The notes beneath the pieces were generated by a model, which was not told the DNA's origin, ran no database searches, and was given only the letters and a program-made list of their open reading frames with translations. Shown here piece by piece: positions 9,930 to 20,361 of a stretch of 64,000 bases of DNA. The stretch is taken from contig OZ243974.1 of the NCBI GenBank assembly GCA_965214775.1, forward strand, positions 2,560,001 to 2,624,000, in the 5' to 3' direction. The position numbers and the translations under genes were made by a program. This stretch comes from Nitrosopumilus sp. GTDB taxonomy: Archaea; Thermoproteota; Nitrososphaeria; Nitrososphaerales; Nitrosopumilaceae. Numbering within the stretch: the first letter of the stretch is position 1; the number at the start of each line of letters is the position of its first letter.

Positions 9930-10208
9930 GGGTATTTACTTCCCAAAATCCGACAAATGAGTAAAAACACAGACAAATATTCGGCGCGCGGATATGCTGA
10001 GAAAATTGTTGATGACAGGATTCCTCCTGAACGAAAACTCCGATGGAGTGATTTTGACTACTATGTTATGATTGCGCCTTTTTGCGACTATGGAAAACTC
10101 CCTGCAAAAATACCTGACAAGATAAACAAATTTGTAATGTGACAGCGTATGAGGCACATCCCCTTGCGAACCAAGCGTAAAAATCACATTTGCATACAAA
10201 TTTGCTCC

Positions 10209-10291
10209 TATAGCAACACGCAGAAGTCTTTGAGTCAAAACACGGTCAGATTGCCCGTGAAAGACCTCAATTACTTGTGACCGTTGCTATA
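10209..10291 (+). mobile_element. MITE family B
   Basis: TA-TAGCAACACGCAGAAGTCTTTGAGTC...CCTCAATTACTTGTGACCGTTGCTA-TA. Confidence 0.9.
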
Positions 10292-10363
10292 GCTGTTTGA
10301 GAGAAGATGACCCCGCACTTCGATCCCGGTAAATCACATATCCCTAAAAATCGTGGGCAAGCG

Positions 10364-10743
10364 GTGAGGGTCTTGGTGTATGACGAATGTGCAGTAGATG
10401 ACGATTATTCAAAAATTTTACAGATCAAGGACATTCCTGAACCCGTCCCAAAACCTAACGAAGTTGTTTTTAGAGTCGAGACGACAGATCTCAACTATGA
10501 TGATACTTGGGCAATGAGAGGAAAGCCCTTGGTAGTTCCCTTGTCGCACATCTCTGGCACCGATGCCGCAGGCGAGGTTACCACTGTGGGAGACGACGTT
10601 AAAAATTTCATAGTCGACAAAGTTGTCTCATGGAAACATGTCCTGCAAAGTTTGCAGGTACTACACAAGTGGAGAAGAATACAACCGCAAACAAAAAAAT
10701 TGAGGATTTGAAACCGGTTCGCTCTGGGGAGTGTACTGTGAAG
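10364..10743 (+). pseudogene. Zn-dependent (MDR) alcohol dehydrogenase 5' fragment
   Basis: KILQIKDIPEPVPKPNEVVFRV...HISGTDAAGEV; frameshifted near the structural Zn site and truncated. Confidence 0.75.
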
Positions 10744-10782
10744 GTTATGTGTAAAATTGGGGATATGGAATCCCCTCAAAAA

Positions 10783-10983
10783 TCACTCCATAGCCCTGTT
10801 GAGACTGGCATTCTGGATTATCGTCTTCCACTTGTTTGTACCGTCCATGCTTATCAGGGACGATTCTGCCGGGGTCTGGCCGTCCAGTGCACCGTGCTTT
10901 TTTGTATAATTACAGTAGACCCTCATCCCGTCAAGGATTGCAGTGTCGGCGGAGGCGGCCTGAAGTGAATTAGGCGACAACCA
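10783..10983 (-). mobile_element. transposase C-terminal fragment (IS6-like) abutting a family-A MITE end
   Basis: YCNYTKKHGALDGQTPAE...WKTIIQNAS; GAATTAGGCGACAACC at about 10967-10982. Confidence 0.6.
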
Positions 10984-11619
10984 CTATCTCAGGTGTCTAA
11001 GATTACAGAGTCCTTTAGGACGTGTTCCGTCAAGGATGACATCTACAAGTATCTTGAGCGCAGTGTGTAATCAGGCTAATTTTTCAATGATCATCAGTTA
11101 GGTCTTCTGCCTAGCTGTCAAAAGTGTCCTCTGACGGAGGTTTTCCAAAAATTTTATCAATCAATTTGAAAAAAGGACATTTTCCATCATACATGTTACT
11201 TGTACGACAGTTATCCTTAAAAATAATTCTGTGTTTGTTCAAGAAAAATTTTTGAGTAAATAAGTAAATCCCGGACAATGTCAGAAATTGTGCATACAGA
11301 AGAATGCAGATACAAAACGACTGACGATATGTCGCAGACTAGCTGTTGTTGTTAGACTTTATGCGCAACCGACACAGATCAAAAAAACCAGGCATATTTT
11401 ACGTCGTTTTTGACAGATACGCACAAAGCCGATTGCAAATGCCACAAAATCGTCATGGCCGAATCATCAAAATTGGAATCAGGATCTTTTTGAAGAACCA
11501 AAGCTGTCGATTATTTCAGTAACGTTTGCAAGAATGGTTTTTTTGATATCTTCTTTTTTCATTCCAGAGGCAGACATTAGCTTCATTTGATCCATCAATG
11601 CAAAATGAACCCTTCCTTG

Positions 11620-13746
11620 GTACAACTTCAGGTCCTTTTTATACTGACAGTCAAACATTTTTGGGCAGCATCTTATGATCAGATGCCCCTCCGAACATGG
11701 CTGAACATCAGACATTTGTGATCAGACATTGCAGGTTTGGAATTTACGGGAGTGACATAATATCGGCATCTTGGTCAAAGAATTTCGATGGAAATCTTTT
11801 TTGATCTTGCCTGTCTGATGTAACATATGGACTCCAAAGCCGTGCTTGCACACTGTACGGATCCTGGAAAGGCACTTGTCATGATCATGGAGCAGGATGA
11901 GAAGATCTCCGGGCTGGAAAAAGAACTCTCTATTGTCAAGAAGGAGAATGCTGATGTCAAGAAGGAGAACTCTAAGCTTCAGGCAAGGCTTGCCCTGTAC
12001 GAGAGTCCCAACATGCCCACGTCCACGCCGTCATTATACAATGATGCCAGAAGAAAGTTCAGGGAGAAAAGGGGCGAGGATCCCGGCGGCAGTCCCGGCG
12101 ATGCTGCTCGGGGCAAGAAACGCGGCCCTCCGTGCGGACACCATGGTACATCGCACGGCAACCGGCCATCAATGACATTAAGGTACGATCTTGGCTCCAA
12201 AATATGCCCAAAGTGCAACATCCAGTTACGGATGCTCAAGCCGATCCACAAGCTTGTAAACGACCTGGACGGTTTTATGCGCATGCTCACTGCCAATGCC
12301 ATCATCCAAAACGCGGTGTGTCCACAGTGCAATACCGTGCATGTCGCAGCTACCCCGTTTCTAAGCGGCACGTCACTTGGGCCCGTCTCACTCTCTCTAA
12401 TCATGATGTTCTTTGAGAAGGGAAACACAGACGAGGACATTGCAGAGTACTTTCAGTATATGTTTGGATTCAAGATGGCCCCAAATACCGTGACTGCCGC
12501 CCGGCACGCAGTGGCAGAGGCGATTCAACAAAACATGATACAACGCATACAGTCATTCATTGCGGGCAGGCCGTGGATACAGATGGACGAGACCGGATTT
12601 AAGCGCGGCGACGGACACATGGGATACGTCTGGGTGCTCAACTGCGAGGGGGCGTGCTTTGTGGTATTTGCAGATTCCCGGTCCTCTGAGGTACTGCACA
12701 CGCACTTTGGATGGCTGGATCCCAAGACTCCCATAGTCGTAGACGGACTGGCCCAGTACAAGCTGTTCTTTGTGACAATCCAGAGGTGTTGGAGGCACCT
12801 TCTGGCGTATGCAGAAAAGCTTGCAGTAAAGATGCCCGAAGGCGATAACGAGAAAAGGTATGACTTGCTGCTGGAATTCTACAGGAAGATAGATAAAATC
12901 AAGACGCTTGCGCCGCTTACATGCATGGAGCTTTCCAGGGAAGTATACAAAATAATCAACCCGTATGAGGACGTTCACGTGCGTACACACCTGCTAAACG
13001 CCATACATAACATGTTTACGTGTCTGGCGCATCGGGGAATGCCGCTGCACAACAACGATACGGAGCGGTGCATACGCGACGGGATCATACCACAACGCAA
13101 TGCACGTCACAAGATTGTAACTGACGGGGGAAGAAAGACGGCTTCTGCGCTGCTGACATTTTCGATGACATGTCGCAAGCAGAATATACATCCTGCCGGC
13201 GGACTCTTGAAATACCTGCGGAATCCGGGCTGGGATGTCTTTGCAGAAGCAGGAGATGATGATGATAATGCGCGCCTGCTGTCCTCGCTTGCCAATACGG
13301 ACGGTACAAGATACAGCGTCTTTGAGTGTCCCGGGCCGCCGCCGGCGTGGCCGCCTGTAGTCGATGATGACGCAGGCAGTGAAGGAGGAGCGGTACGCCG
13401 GAACCGGACGGCCGTCGTACCAGCAGCAGCAGCTCCCATAACAACATGATCCGTCTGGCGCCTACGGGACGGCGTAACCCGTAGCTTTATGTCAAAGAAT
13501 CCGGCCGTGTAGGCAAGTCTGCCAGTCAACAACGCCTGACAAATCTGACAATGCTGGTTTCCTGCAGGTGCCGTCTGCCAATAATCTGTTGTCTGCCAAT
13601 AATCTGTTGTCTGCGCGCTGCCGGTCTTGCATATACAAGGGACGTGTGATGATGATGTAGCGGGTCTGTCACAGCAGATGCGGAAGGATCAAAAAGTTCC
13701 GGGCAAAAAGTTCCCTAGTCAGTATAAAAAGGACCTGAAGTTGTAC
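11620..13746 (+). mobile_element. IS66-family single-ORF element (ISBst12-like), copy 1, 2127 bp
   Basis: 29-bp TIR GTACAACTTCAGGTCCTTTTTATACTGAC; 8-bp TSD CTTCCTTG (11612-11619, 13747-13754). Confidence 0.92.
11827..13449 (+). CDS. IS66-family transposase
   Basis: Coiled coil, CPKC/CPQC Zn finger, MDETG, QRCWRHL, HNNDTERCIR motifs. Confidence 0.9.
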   Translation: MDSKAVLAHCTDPGKALVMIMEQDEKISGLEKELSIVKKENADVKKENSKLQARLALYESPNMPTSTPSLYNDARRKFREKRGEDPGGSPGDAARGKKRGPPCGHHGTSHGNRPSMTLRYDLGSKICPKCNIQLRMLKPIHKLVNDLDGFMRMLTANAIIQNAVCPQCNTVHVAATPFLSGTSLGPVSLSLIMMFFEKGNTDEDIAEYFQYMFGFKMAPNTVTAARHAVAEAIQQNMIQRIQSFIAGRPWIQMDETGFKRGDGHMGYVWVLNCEGACFVVFADSRSSEVLHTHFGWLDPKTPIVVDGLAQYKLFFVTIQRCWRHLLAYAEKLAVKMPEGDNEKRYDLLLEFYRKIDKIKTLAPLTCMELSREVYKIINPYEDVHVRTHLLNAIHNMFTCLAHRGMPLHNNDTERCIRDGIIPQRNARHKIVTDGGRKTASALLTFSMTCRKQNIHPAGGLLKYLRNPGWDVFAEAGDDDDNARLLSSLANTDGTRYSVFECPGPPPAWPPVVDDDAGSEGGAVRRNRTAVVPAAAAPITT

Positions 13747-13882
13747 CTTCCTTGAAGGTAGTCTACAACCCCATATCCGTTTTTAGGAAATTCCGTGACA
13801 AACAGATCATGCCCGGACAGATCCTTGGAATTATCACCCATGTCTCAAATAAAACCAAAACACATTATAAAATTTTTAAATT

Positions 13883-14065
13883 TTATTTTTTCAAGGACTC
13901 ATAGCCAATGGATCTCATTGCTGCACATGGTTTGTTTCCCTTACTCCAGCATTTGCATGAACAGGAAACCGCCTTGCCGGTTTTCAAGTCTTTGACAACT
14001 TTGTGGAAATAGCCCTCTCTCACTTTGGATTCAACGCTAATCGTTTCAAATCCTTCAGATTCCAT
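13883..14065 (-). CDS. small Cys-rich (SWIM-like) protein
   Basis: CSCKCW...KPC pattern in 60 aa. Confidence 0.45.
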   Translation of the reverse strand: MESEGFETISVESKVREGYFHKVVKDLKTGKAVSCSCKCWSKGNKPCAAMRSIGYESLKK

Positions 14066-14143
14066 GATCAGTCCAAGTCTGTTTTGAACTTAAGGTTATC
14101 CCCCATAGCAAATATTCATTAAAGAAACGAATACAGGTTTCTC

Positions 14144-14494
14144 ATGACAGAATTCATTCACAAAGGTTACGAAAAGATCTATGTTCGAGACATGATCAAG
14201 TTGGATTTAGACGATTTGATCAGCATGATGTCATCGCTAGAATCTGCCAATGCATACTGGGTGGACGGGGTGTTGTTTGCAAGTTTTGCCATGACAGAAT
14301 CTGAGGAACTGGCAAAAAAAGAGATGCAAGATGAGATGTATCTAGATAAAATAATTTTTGCAATACATGAAAACTATTCAAAAACAGTAAAATCATCTAC
14401 AAATCTCGAGGTCGGAGTCCTCAACATGAGCAAAAGTAAATTGTACAGAGAATTGATTGCATGGTTAAAAAAACAAGAAATTTGGTCTGAGTGA
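14144..14494 (+). CDS. conserved hypothetical protein
   Basis: 116-aa ORF, host-like composition. Confidence 0.75.
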   Translation: MTEFIHKGYEKIYVRDMIKLDLDDLISMMSSLESANAYWVDGVLFASFAMTESEELAKKEMQDEMYLDKIIFAIHENYSKTVKSSTNLEVGVLNMSKSKLYRELIAWLKKQEIWSE

Positions 14495-14890
14495 TTTTTT
14501 TAGAAGATGCATGTCCACATTAGATGATTTTGAGCAAGCCATTACTGTGCCATTTGAAAAGAAAGTTTTGACAAGTAAAAAACAAAGACAGCAAAGGCAG
14601 ATACTTGTAAAATCAGCAATGATTCACGGAGAACCCAACAGTCAGAAATGCAAACATGCCTGAAAATTCTTTGACGTGCTAATTTCAGAAACCAAGCAAT
14701 ACTGCAAATCAAACTGTGAAATTTTATCCAATAACAGAGGCCACACACCAGGATGAGAAAGAGAAAGGGTCCACGATTATCAGAATTAAAAAACAGGATT
14801 AAAATGCGGGTGTTTGTTTTTTTGGAAAAAACATCTACGCAGGCAAATCCAAATAATTGAAATAGCGAAAAAATCAAAATTATATTGGGC

Positions 14891-15085
14891 ATGGAGACTC
14901 CAAACCAAATCAACTCGGTCTATTGGGACGAAGAAACAAAATCGTGGCAATACAAAATTCTCAAGGTAGATGAATATCACGGGTTTACAGAATGTCAACG
15001 CTGCAGAAGGCCAATATCCCACAACATAAAGTCAGGCGGGGAATTCAAAGTGGCGTATGTCAAATGTGCTTGTTCTAGAGGCTAG
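14891..15085 (+). CDS. small zinc-ribbon protein
   Basis: CQRC...CAC motif. Confidence 0.6.
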   Translation: METPNQINSVYWDEETKSWQYKILKVDEYHGFTECQRCRRPISHNIKSGGEFKVAYVKCACSRG

Positions 15086-15089
15086 TTTA

Positions 15090-15752
15090 CTATGAATTGT
15101 TCAGATAATATTTCTCAATTCTTTCATTCATTGGCCCGACATAATCAGCACATGGTTTGATGAATTCCTGGCGAGTGTTTTTTTCACTGCTTACCAGTAT
15201 TACCACTTGGTTGATTTTTTGCCCGGTAACTTCTTCAAACATCTGTGCATAACAGGTTGTTTGCAAATAATATTCATACATGTATTCGTCAATCTGGGGT
15301 TTTCTCTTGGTTTTGTAATCGATTATGGAAAGATCCCCGTTGTATTTGGCAATCAAATCGCTGGTTCCTGCAACCCGTAGTCTGTCTGAATACATCCTTT
15401 GTTCAGTACATACCACTTCTGAAATATTTTCCAAATACGGCTTTAGGTTGTGAAAATGTGCAAGTGGCAGCAAGTCAAATTCTTCCATGTTCAGGGATCC
15501 GCCAAGATAATCTTCTATGATTTTATGGGATTGTGTGCCTATATCTTGTGCCTGTGCTGTGATATATTCGTGGGCCGGTTCACCCTCTTTCCAGGAGGCA
15601 AGGCCGTTCTTTTTCTCATCTGAGGCTGTTGCAGAAAGAACAGTGTTTACTGAGGGATAGACATTGTCAAATTTTGTCTTGTACCAATGCCCGTCTTCTC
15701 GATCCAGCAGTGTGGGTTCCCGTGTTTTTAGCATTTGCAAAAAATTCGCCAT
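15090..15752 (-). CDS. PD-(D/E)XK exonuclease (RecB/MGME1-like)
   Basis: YPSVNTVL, GTQSH, AGTSD, IIDYKT, YYLQTTCY motifs. Confidence 0.85.
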   Translation of the reverse strand: MANFLQMLKTREPTLLDREDGHWYKTKFDNVYPSVNTVLSATASDEKKNGLASWKEGEPAHEYITAQAQDIGTQSHKIIEDYLGGSLNMEEFDLLPLAHFHNLKPYLENISEVVCTEQRMYSDRLRVAGTSDLIAKYNGDLSIIDYKTKRKPQIDEYMYEYYLQTTCYAQMFEEVTGQKINQVVILVSSEKNTRQEFIKPCADYVGPMNERIEKYYLNNS

Positions 15753-15789
15753 GATAAACCCAATCTGTTTTGTAATTTAATGGTTAAAA

Positions 15790-16206
15790 TTATTTCAAGA
15801 TGTCTTGAAATTTGTCAAATTCAGATTTGGTTTTGACAAACTGATCAGTGTTGATTTTTAAGGAAAACAACTGCCTCATTTCAGAATCAATGATGCAGAT
15901 TATTTCATTAAATATCAAAGTGTCAATTAGTTGGTCATTTGGATAAACGGCGTATTTGAAGGATTTTTCCTCAGATGATATGATCAATTTGAATCCAAAC
16001 AACAGCCCAAACTCGTCATCCCTGTTTAGAAAACCAACAAGTTTCGCTTTTACACTCGGATTGTCCAACAAAGGTTCAAAATCAGAAGAATCAGAATCCG
16101 TGTCAATTATGCACGATACGGGTCTTTCTTGTATGTGCAATACTGTAGACTTGTGAGTAGGCACAAACTCCTCAGGATTTGGCATTTTGTCTAGTGGCAC
16201 AAACAT
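15790..16206 (-). CDS. hypothetical protein
   Basis: ORF from MFVPLDK, about 138 aa. Confidence 0.7.
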   Translation of the reverse strand: MFVPLDKMPNPEEFVPTHKSTVLHIQERPVSCIIDTDSDSSDFEPLLDNPSVKAKLVGFLNRDDEFGLLFGFKLIISSEEKSFKYAVYPNDQLIDTLIFNEIICIIDSEMRQLFSLKINTDQFVKTKSEFDKFQDILK

Positions 16207-16259
16207 AAATCTAGCATGGCCAGATAAAAAATTATTATAAAAAAAGAAAAAAATAGGAG

Positions 16260-16424
16260 TTACTGTAATGAATAATGGACATCGCAAAAGAGAACTATTC
16301 CATGGGGCAGAGTCTTGGCAGTAATGCTGTGGCCTCCCTCTAGTCCTTGACCGCAGACATAGCACTCTACTGGAGATACGGATGACTGTAATGTTTGCTG
16401 CTGGTTTGTAACTGGCAGATGCAT
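16260..16424 (-). CDS. small Zn-finger-like protein
   Basis: CYVC...FCDVH, 54 aa. Confidence 0.55.
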   Translation of the reverse strand: MHLPVTNQQQTLQSSVSPVECYVCGQGLEGGHSITAKTLPHGIVLFCDVHYSLQ

Positions 16425-16608
16425 CTTGTGTAAGATTGTATGCCTTGCCTTCTGCATGATACAGATCATGCGATCAGATATGATATAAAGGTACCGTACT
16501 ATACGGTAACCTGTCCAGGCATGAAGTGTCAACAAATTCAGACAAAAAATCTGTTGCAGGGCGATTCTAATCAGTTTAAATAACAAATCACACTAGCTTC
16601 GTCTATGG

Positions 16609-17958
16609 GTGAACACCTTTGGAAGCCATCAACCCAGCATAATTCCCCTAGAGTTAACTGAAAACCAATTTCAGATATATGGCAAGATTTCCAGAAATTA
16701 TGATCATTCTTTTCTCTTTGAGTCCTTGACAGGTCCTGAAGTTCTAGCCGAAACATCAGTAATGGGTTTTGACCCAAAAAAAATCATCACGGGATTTTCA
16801 GACAGGGTGGAAATTATTTCCAAAGACAAGACAGAAACAATCCAAGCAAGGGATCCGTTTGCAGAAATCAAGAAGCTGTTGAGAAGATCAGAGAACCAGA
16901 GCTACCGGTATCTTGGAGGGGCAGTAGGTGCAGTAAACTATGATGCCATCAGACTGGTAGAAGACATTCCTGATTCAAATTCTTCAGCAGACCCGCTTAT
17001 GGAGTTTGGAATATATGATGACGGGATACTGTACGATAACTTGCACAAAAAATTATTTTACTTTTACTACGATGAGAATCGATTTGACCAATTCAAGATA
17101 TCTGACGATGTGTTCGGGAAATACAGCGCTACGGGGGCCATTCCAAACTCAAACAATGAACAGTTCGCAGAAATGGTAAACAAGGCAAAGAAATACATCC
17201 ATGATGGAGACATCTTTCAGGTTGTCCTGTCAAGAAAATTTGTATTCGAGTCGTCAGGGGATGATTTAACGCTGTACAAGACTTTGAGAAAGATGAATCC
17301 TTCGCCGTACATGTACCACTTGAAGCAGGGACAAAAGACCATCATCGGCGCATCCCCCGAAATGCTAGTCCGAATTACAAACGACAGGGTTGAAACGTTC
17401 CCTATTGCAGGTACAAGAAAAGTTACCGGTGATGATGATGAAAACAGGAGACTGGCAGGGGAATTACTCGATGATGAAAAGGAATTGGCAGAACATACCA
17501 TGCTGGTGGATTTGGGAAGAAATGACATTGGAAGAGTATGCAAGTTTGGAACGGTTCGTCCAGAATCACTGATGCAGATTAAGCGATTCAGCCATGTTCA
17601 ACACATTGTCACTCATATTGTGGGCAATCTGGCCCCAAAAAATGACATGTTTGATGCCTTCAAGGCGGTATTTCCTGCAGGAACCGTTTCTGGGGCGCCA
17701 AAAGTAAGAGCCATGGAAATCATCGACGAGCTAGAAAGCGAGGCCAGAGGCCCATATGCAGGGGCCGTAGGGTATTTTTCGTACAACGGATGCTGCGATT
17801 TTGCAATTGCCATAAGAAGCATTTTCATAGAGGACGGCAAAGGGTTTTTGCAGTCCGGGGCAGGCATTGTTTCAGATTCCGTTGCACAAAACGAATTCAA
17901 GGAAACAGAACACAAGGCAGGAGCCATGCTTCAAGCATTAAGGGAGGCATCAAATTGA
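16609..17958 (+). CDS. trpE: anthranilate synthase component I
   Basis: FLFES, GDIFQVVLS, ASPE, PIAGT, EHTMLVDLGRND, GTVSGAPK. Confidence 0.97.
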   Translation: MNTFGSHQPSIIPLELTENQFQIYGKISRNYDHSFLFESLTGPEVLAETSVMGFDPKKIITGFSDRVEIISKDKTETIQARDPFAEIKKLLRRSENQSYRYLGGAVGAVNYDAIRLVEDIPDSNSSADPLMEFGIYDDGILYDNLHKKLFYFYYDENRFDQFKISDDVFGKYSATGAIPNSNNEQFAEMVNKAKKYIHDGDIFQVVLSRKFVFESSGDDLTLYKTLRKMNPSPYMYHLKQGQKTIIGASPEMLVRITNDRVETFPIAGTRKVTGDDDENRRLAGELLDDEKELAEHTMLVDLGRNDIGRVCKFGTVRPESLMQIKRFSHVQHIVTHIVGNLAPKNDMFDAFKAVFPAGTVSGAPKVRAMEIIDELESEARGPYAGAVGYFSYNGCCDFAIAIRSIFIEDGKGFLQSGAGIVSDSVAQNEFKETEHKAGAMLQALREASN

Positions 17959-18545
17959 AATTTTTGATCATAGACAATTACGATTCGTTTGTTTTCAATA
18001 TCGCCCAATACTTGGGGGAAATCGGAGTCGATTCAGACGTAGTACGGAACGACAAGATCACATTAGAAGAGATCAAAGAATCAGATTATGATGCCATCAT
18101 AATCTCTCCTGGTCCGGGAACTCCCGAAGATAAAAGGTACTTTGGCGTGTGCAGCGATGTCATCAAAGACATCGGAAGGCAGACCCCCATACTCGGGGTC
18201 TGTTTAGGACATCAAGGAATCATTCACGCGTTTGGAGGAAAAGTAACAAATGCAGGATGTGTCAGGCATGGAAAAACAAGTCCGATAAACCATGAGAATT
18301 CGAGACTGTTCAGGGATGTAAGGAATCCGTTTAGAGCAACCAGATATCACAGTTTGGTAGGAGACAAGGCAATAATTCCAGACATTCTTGAAGTCACGGC
18401 AACTGCAGCTGATGATGGGGAGGTCATGGCAATCAGACACAAGGAATTCCTGATCGAGGGGGTTCAGTTTCATCCAGAGTCAATCATGACCGAAGATGGA
18501 AAGAAGATTTTGGAGAATTTTGTAAGCGAGGTGAAAACAAGATGA
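17955..18545 (+). CDS. trpG: anthranilate synthase component II
   Basis: IIDNYDSF, SPGPG, GVCLGHQ, QFHPES; TTG start overlapping trpE stop. Confidence 0.96.
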   Translation: MKFLIIDNYDSFVFNIAQYLGEIGVDSDVVRNDKITLEEIKESDYDAIIISPGPGTPEDKRYFGVCSDVIKDIGRQTPILGVCLGHQGIIHAFGGKVTNAGCVRHGKTSPINHENSRLFRDVRNPFRATRYHSLVGDKAIIPDILEVTATAADDGEVMAIRHKEFLIEGVQFHPESIMTEDGKKILENFVSEVKTR

Positions 18546-19585
18546 CCATTGTGGAAATTATCTCAAAATTACAAGGCAGGGCGGATCTTACATACGATGA
18601 GATCAACGGCGTCATGGCAAACGTTCTTTCCGGAGACACGACGCTTGAAGAAAACATGGAATTCCTGTCAAGCCTTGCTGAAAAGGGGGAGACAGATGAC
18701 GAGTTATTCGGGATGCTTGAGAAGATGCAAGAACTGTCGCTGAAAGTTGATCTAAGGACAGACGGGACAGTCATTGACATGTGTGGAACCGGGGGAGACA
18801 GATTGCAGACGTTTAACATCTCAACTGCGGCATCATTTGTGGTTGCTGCAGCAGGAGGCAAGGTTGCAAAGCATGGCAACCGATCTAGCTCAGGCGTTTC
18901 AGGCAGTGCAGACATCTTTGAGTATTTCGGATACGATTTGAACCAAGAGCCATCCAAGATTGCCAAAACGCTAGAAAAGCACAACATCTGTTTCATGTTT
19001 GCACAGAAATTCCATCCAGCTATGAGGCATGTTGGGCCTGCAAGAAAGCAGCTGGGAAGAAGAACCGCGTTTAACCTGCTAGGACCGCTGTCAAATCCGG
19101 CAAATGTAAAGAATCAACTGGTGGGGGTCTTTTCAATCGAGTATCTAGACAGACTTCCTTCCATTCTAAAGAGAAGGGGAGCTGAAAACATCATGACGGT
19201 ACGCTCGGATGATGGAATGGACGAATTTTCAACCAGTTCTGTCAACAGGGTGTGCATTCTAAGGGATGGCAGGGTTCTGACATATGCAATAGATCCTGAA
19301 ATTCTCGGACTGCACAAGTCAAATCTTAAAGACATTCAGATCGCAACAAAAGAAGAGGCAGTCAGTTCCTTTGTCAGCGTGCTAAACAATACAGCAAACA
19401 GGTCAATGATTGAAACATGTGCGCTAAACGCAGCAGGGGGTTTGATTGTCGCAAACAAGGCTGCAAATTTTGAGGAGGCAGTTCAAATCGCATTAAATAC
19501 GATTGATAGCGGAGATGCATTCAAATTGTTAGAGAGTTTTCTCAAGGATGCAGGAGACATTTCAAGATTAAGGGAGACGGCATGA
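18542..19585 (+). CDS. trpD: anthranilate phosphoribosyltransferase
   Basis: CGTGGD, FNIST, KHGNRSSSG. Confidence 0.97.
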   Translation: MTIVEIISKLQGRADLTYDEINGVMANVLSGDTTLEENMEFLSSLAEKGETDDELFGMLEKMQELSLKVDLRTDGTVIDMCGTGGDRLQTFNISTAASFVVAAAGGKVAKHGNRSSSGVSGSADIFEYFGYDLNQEPSKIAKTLEKHNICFMFAQKFHPAMRHVGPARKQLGRRTAFNLLGPLSNPANVKNQLVGVFSIEYLDRLPSILKRRGAENIMTVRSDDGMDEFSTSSVNRVCILRDGRVLTYAIDPEILGLHKSNLKDIQIATKEEAVSSFVSVLNNTANRSMIETCALNAAGGLIVANKAANFEEAVQIALNTIDSGDAFKLLESFLKDAGDISRLRETA

Positions 19586-20361
19586 TGGCTGAAAATATTC
19601 TAAGAAAACTGGTAAGCAATTCCCAAGTGGCAATAGATGACGGAACATACGACATAGATGTCAATTTAGAAAGATCTCAGAAAGACTTTATTCAGATAAT
19701 CAGCACAAATCCACACCCAACCCTTCTGACTGAAATCAAATTCGCATCGCCGTCGCTAGGAAAAATAAGAACTGTTTCAGATCCTGCAAGCGTGGCAAAA
19801 CAGATGATTTCTGGAGGCTCAAGGGCACTCTCGGTTCTGACACAGCCGCATTTGTTTAGCGGTTCGCCAGATTATTTTATCAAGGTAAGAGAGGCAGTAG
19901 GCGTTCCCCTGCTGATGAAAGACATCATGATAGACAAAATCCAAATTGACGCTGCTAAAAAGATGGGTGCAGACTATATACTTCTAATACAGTCATTGTT
20001 TGACAATGGGTTTCTAAGTGAAATTGGCGAGTTTATCGATTACGGGCACAAAAAAGGATTGAAGATACTGCTTGAAGTCCACACAAAAGACGAATTCAAA
20101 AATGCACTAGGGACAAATGCGGACCTGATTGGAATCAACAACAGGAATCTAGATACTCTGGAGATCGATCTTGGCACTACCAGAAAGGTTCTTGAGAACT
20201 TTGATGGTTCTCGTCCAATTCTCTCTGAGAGCGGGATTCAAACGCCAGAAGACATCCGGTATTTGAAGAAATGCGGCGCCAAGGCATTTCTGGTCGGCTC
20301 AAGCATTATGAAAAGTGGCGGCATTGAAGAACAAGTAAGGGGGTTGGCAAGGGCATATTGA
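19582..20361 (+). CDS. trpC: indole-3-glycerol phosphate synthase
   Basis: [26 protein letters not shown]. Confidence 0.95.
   Translation: MMAENILRKLVSNSQVAIDDGTYDIDVNLERSQKDFIQIISTNPHPTLLTEIKFASPSLGKIRTVSDPASVAKQMISGGSRALSVLTQPHLFSGSPDYFIKVREAVGVPLLMKDIMIDKIQIDAAKKMGADYILLIQSLFDNGFLSEIGEFIDYGHKKGLKILLEVHTKDEFKNALGTNADLIGINNRNLDTLEIDLGTTRKVLENFDGSRPILSESGIQTPEDIRYLKKCGAKAFLVGSSIMKSGGIEEQVRGLARAY

Larger units (their letters stand above)
8278..10142 (+). pseudogene. 186-aa hypothetical gene split by IS5 insertion
   Basis: 8278-8634 joins in frame to 9939-10142 (...KLIGYL|LPKIRQMSKNTDKY...) after removing the IS and one TSD. Confidence 0.85.
11479..13841 (-). pseudogene. 75-aa hypothetical gene split by IS66-type element
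   Basis: MGDNSKDLSGHDLFVTEFPKNGYGVVDYLQGR joins in frame to VHFALMDQMKL...GSSKRS after IS removal. Confidence 0.8.

Noticed and set aside
15090-15752. Cas4 or CRISPR association
   Set aside because: No Fe-S cysteine set, array or cas neighbours
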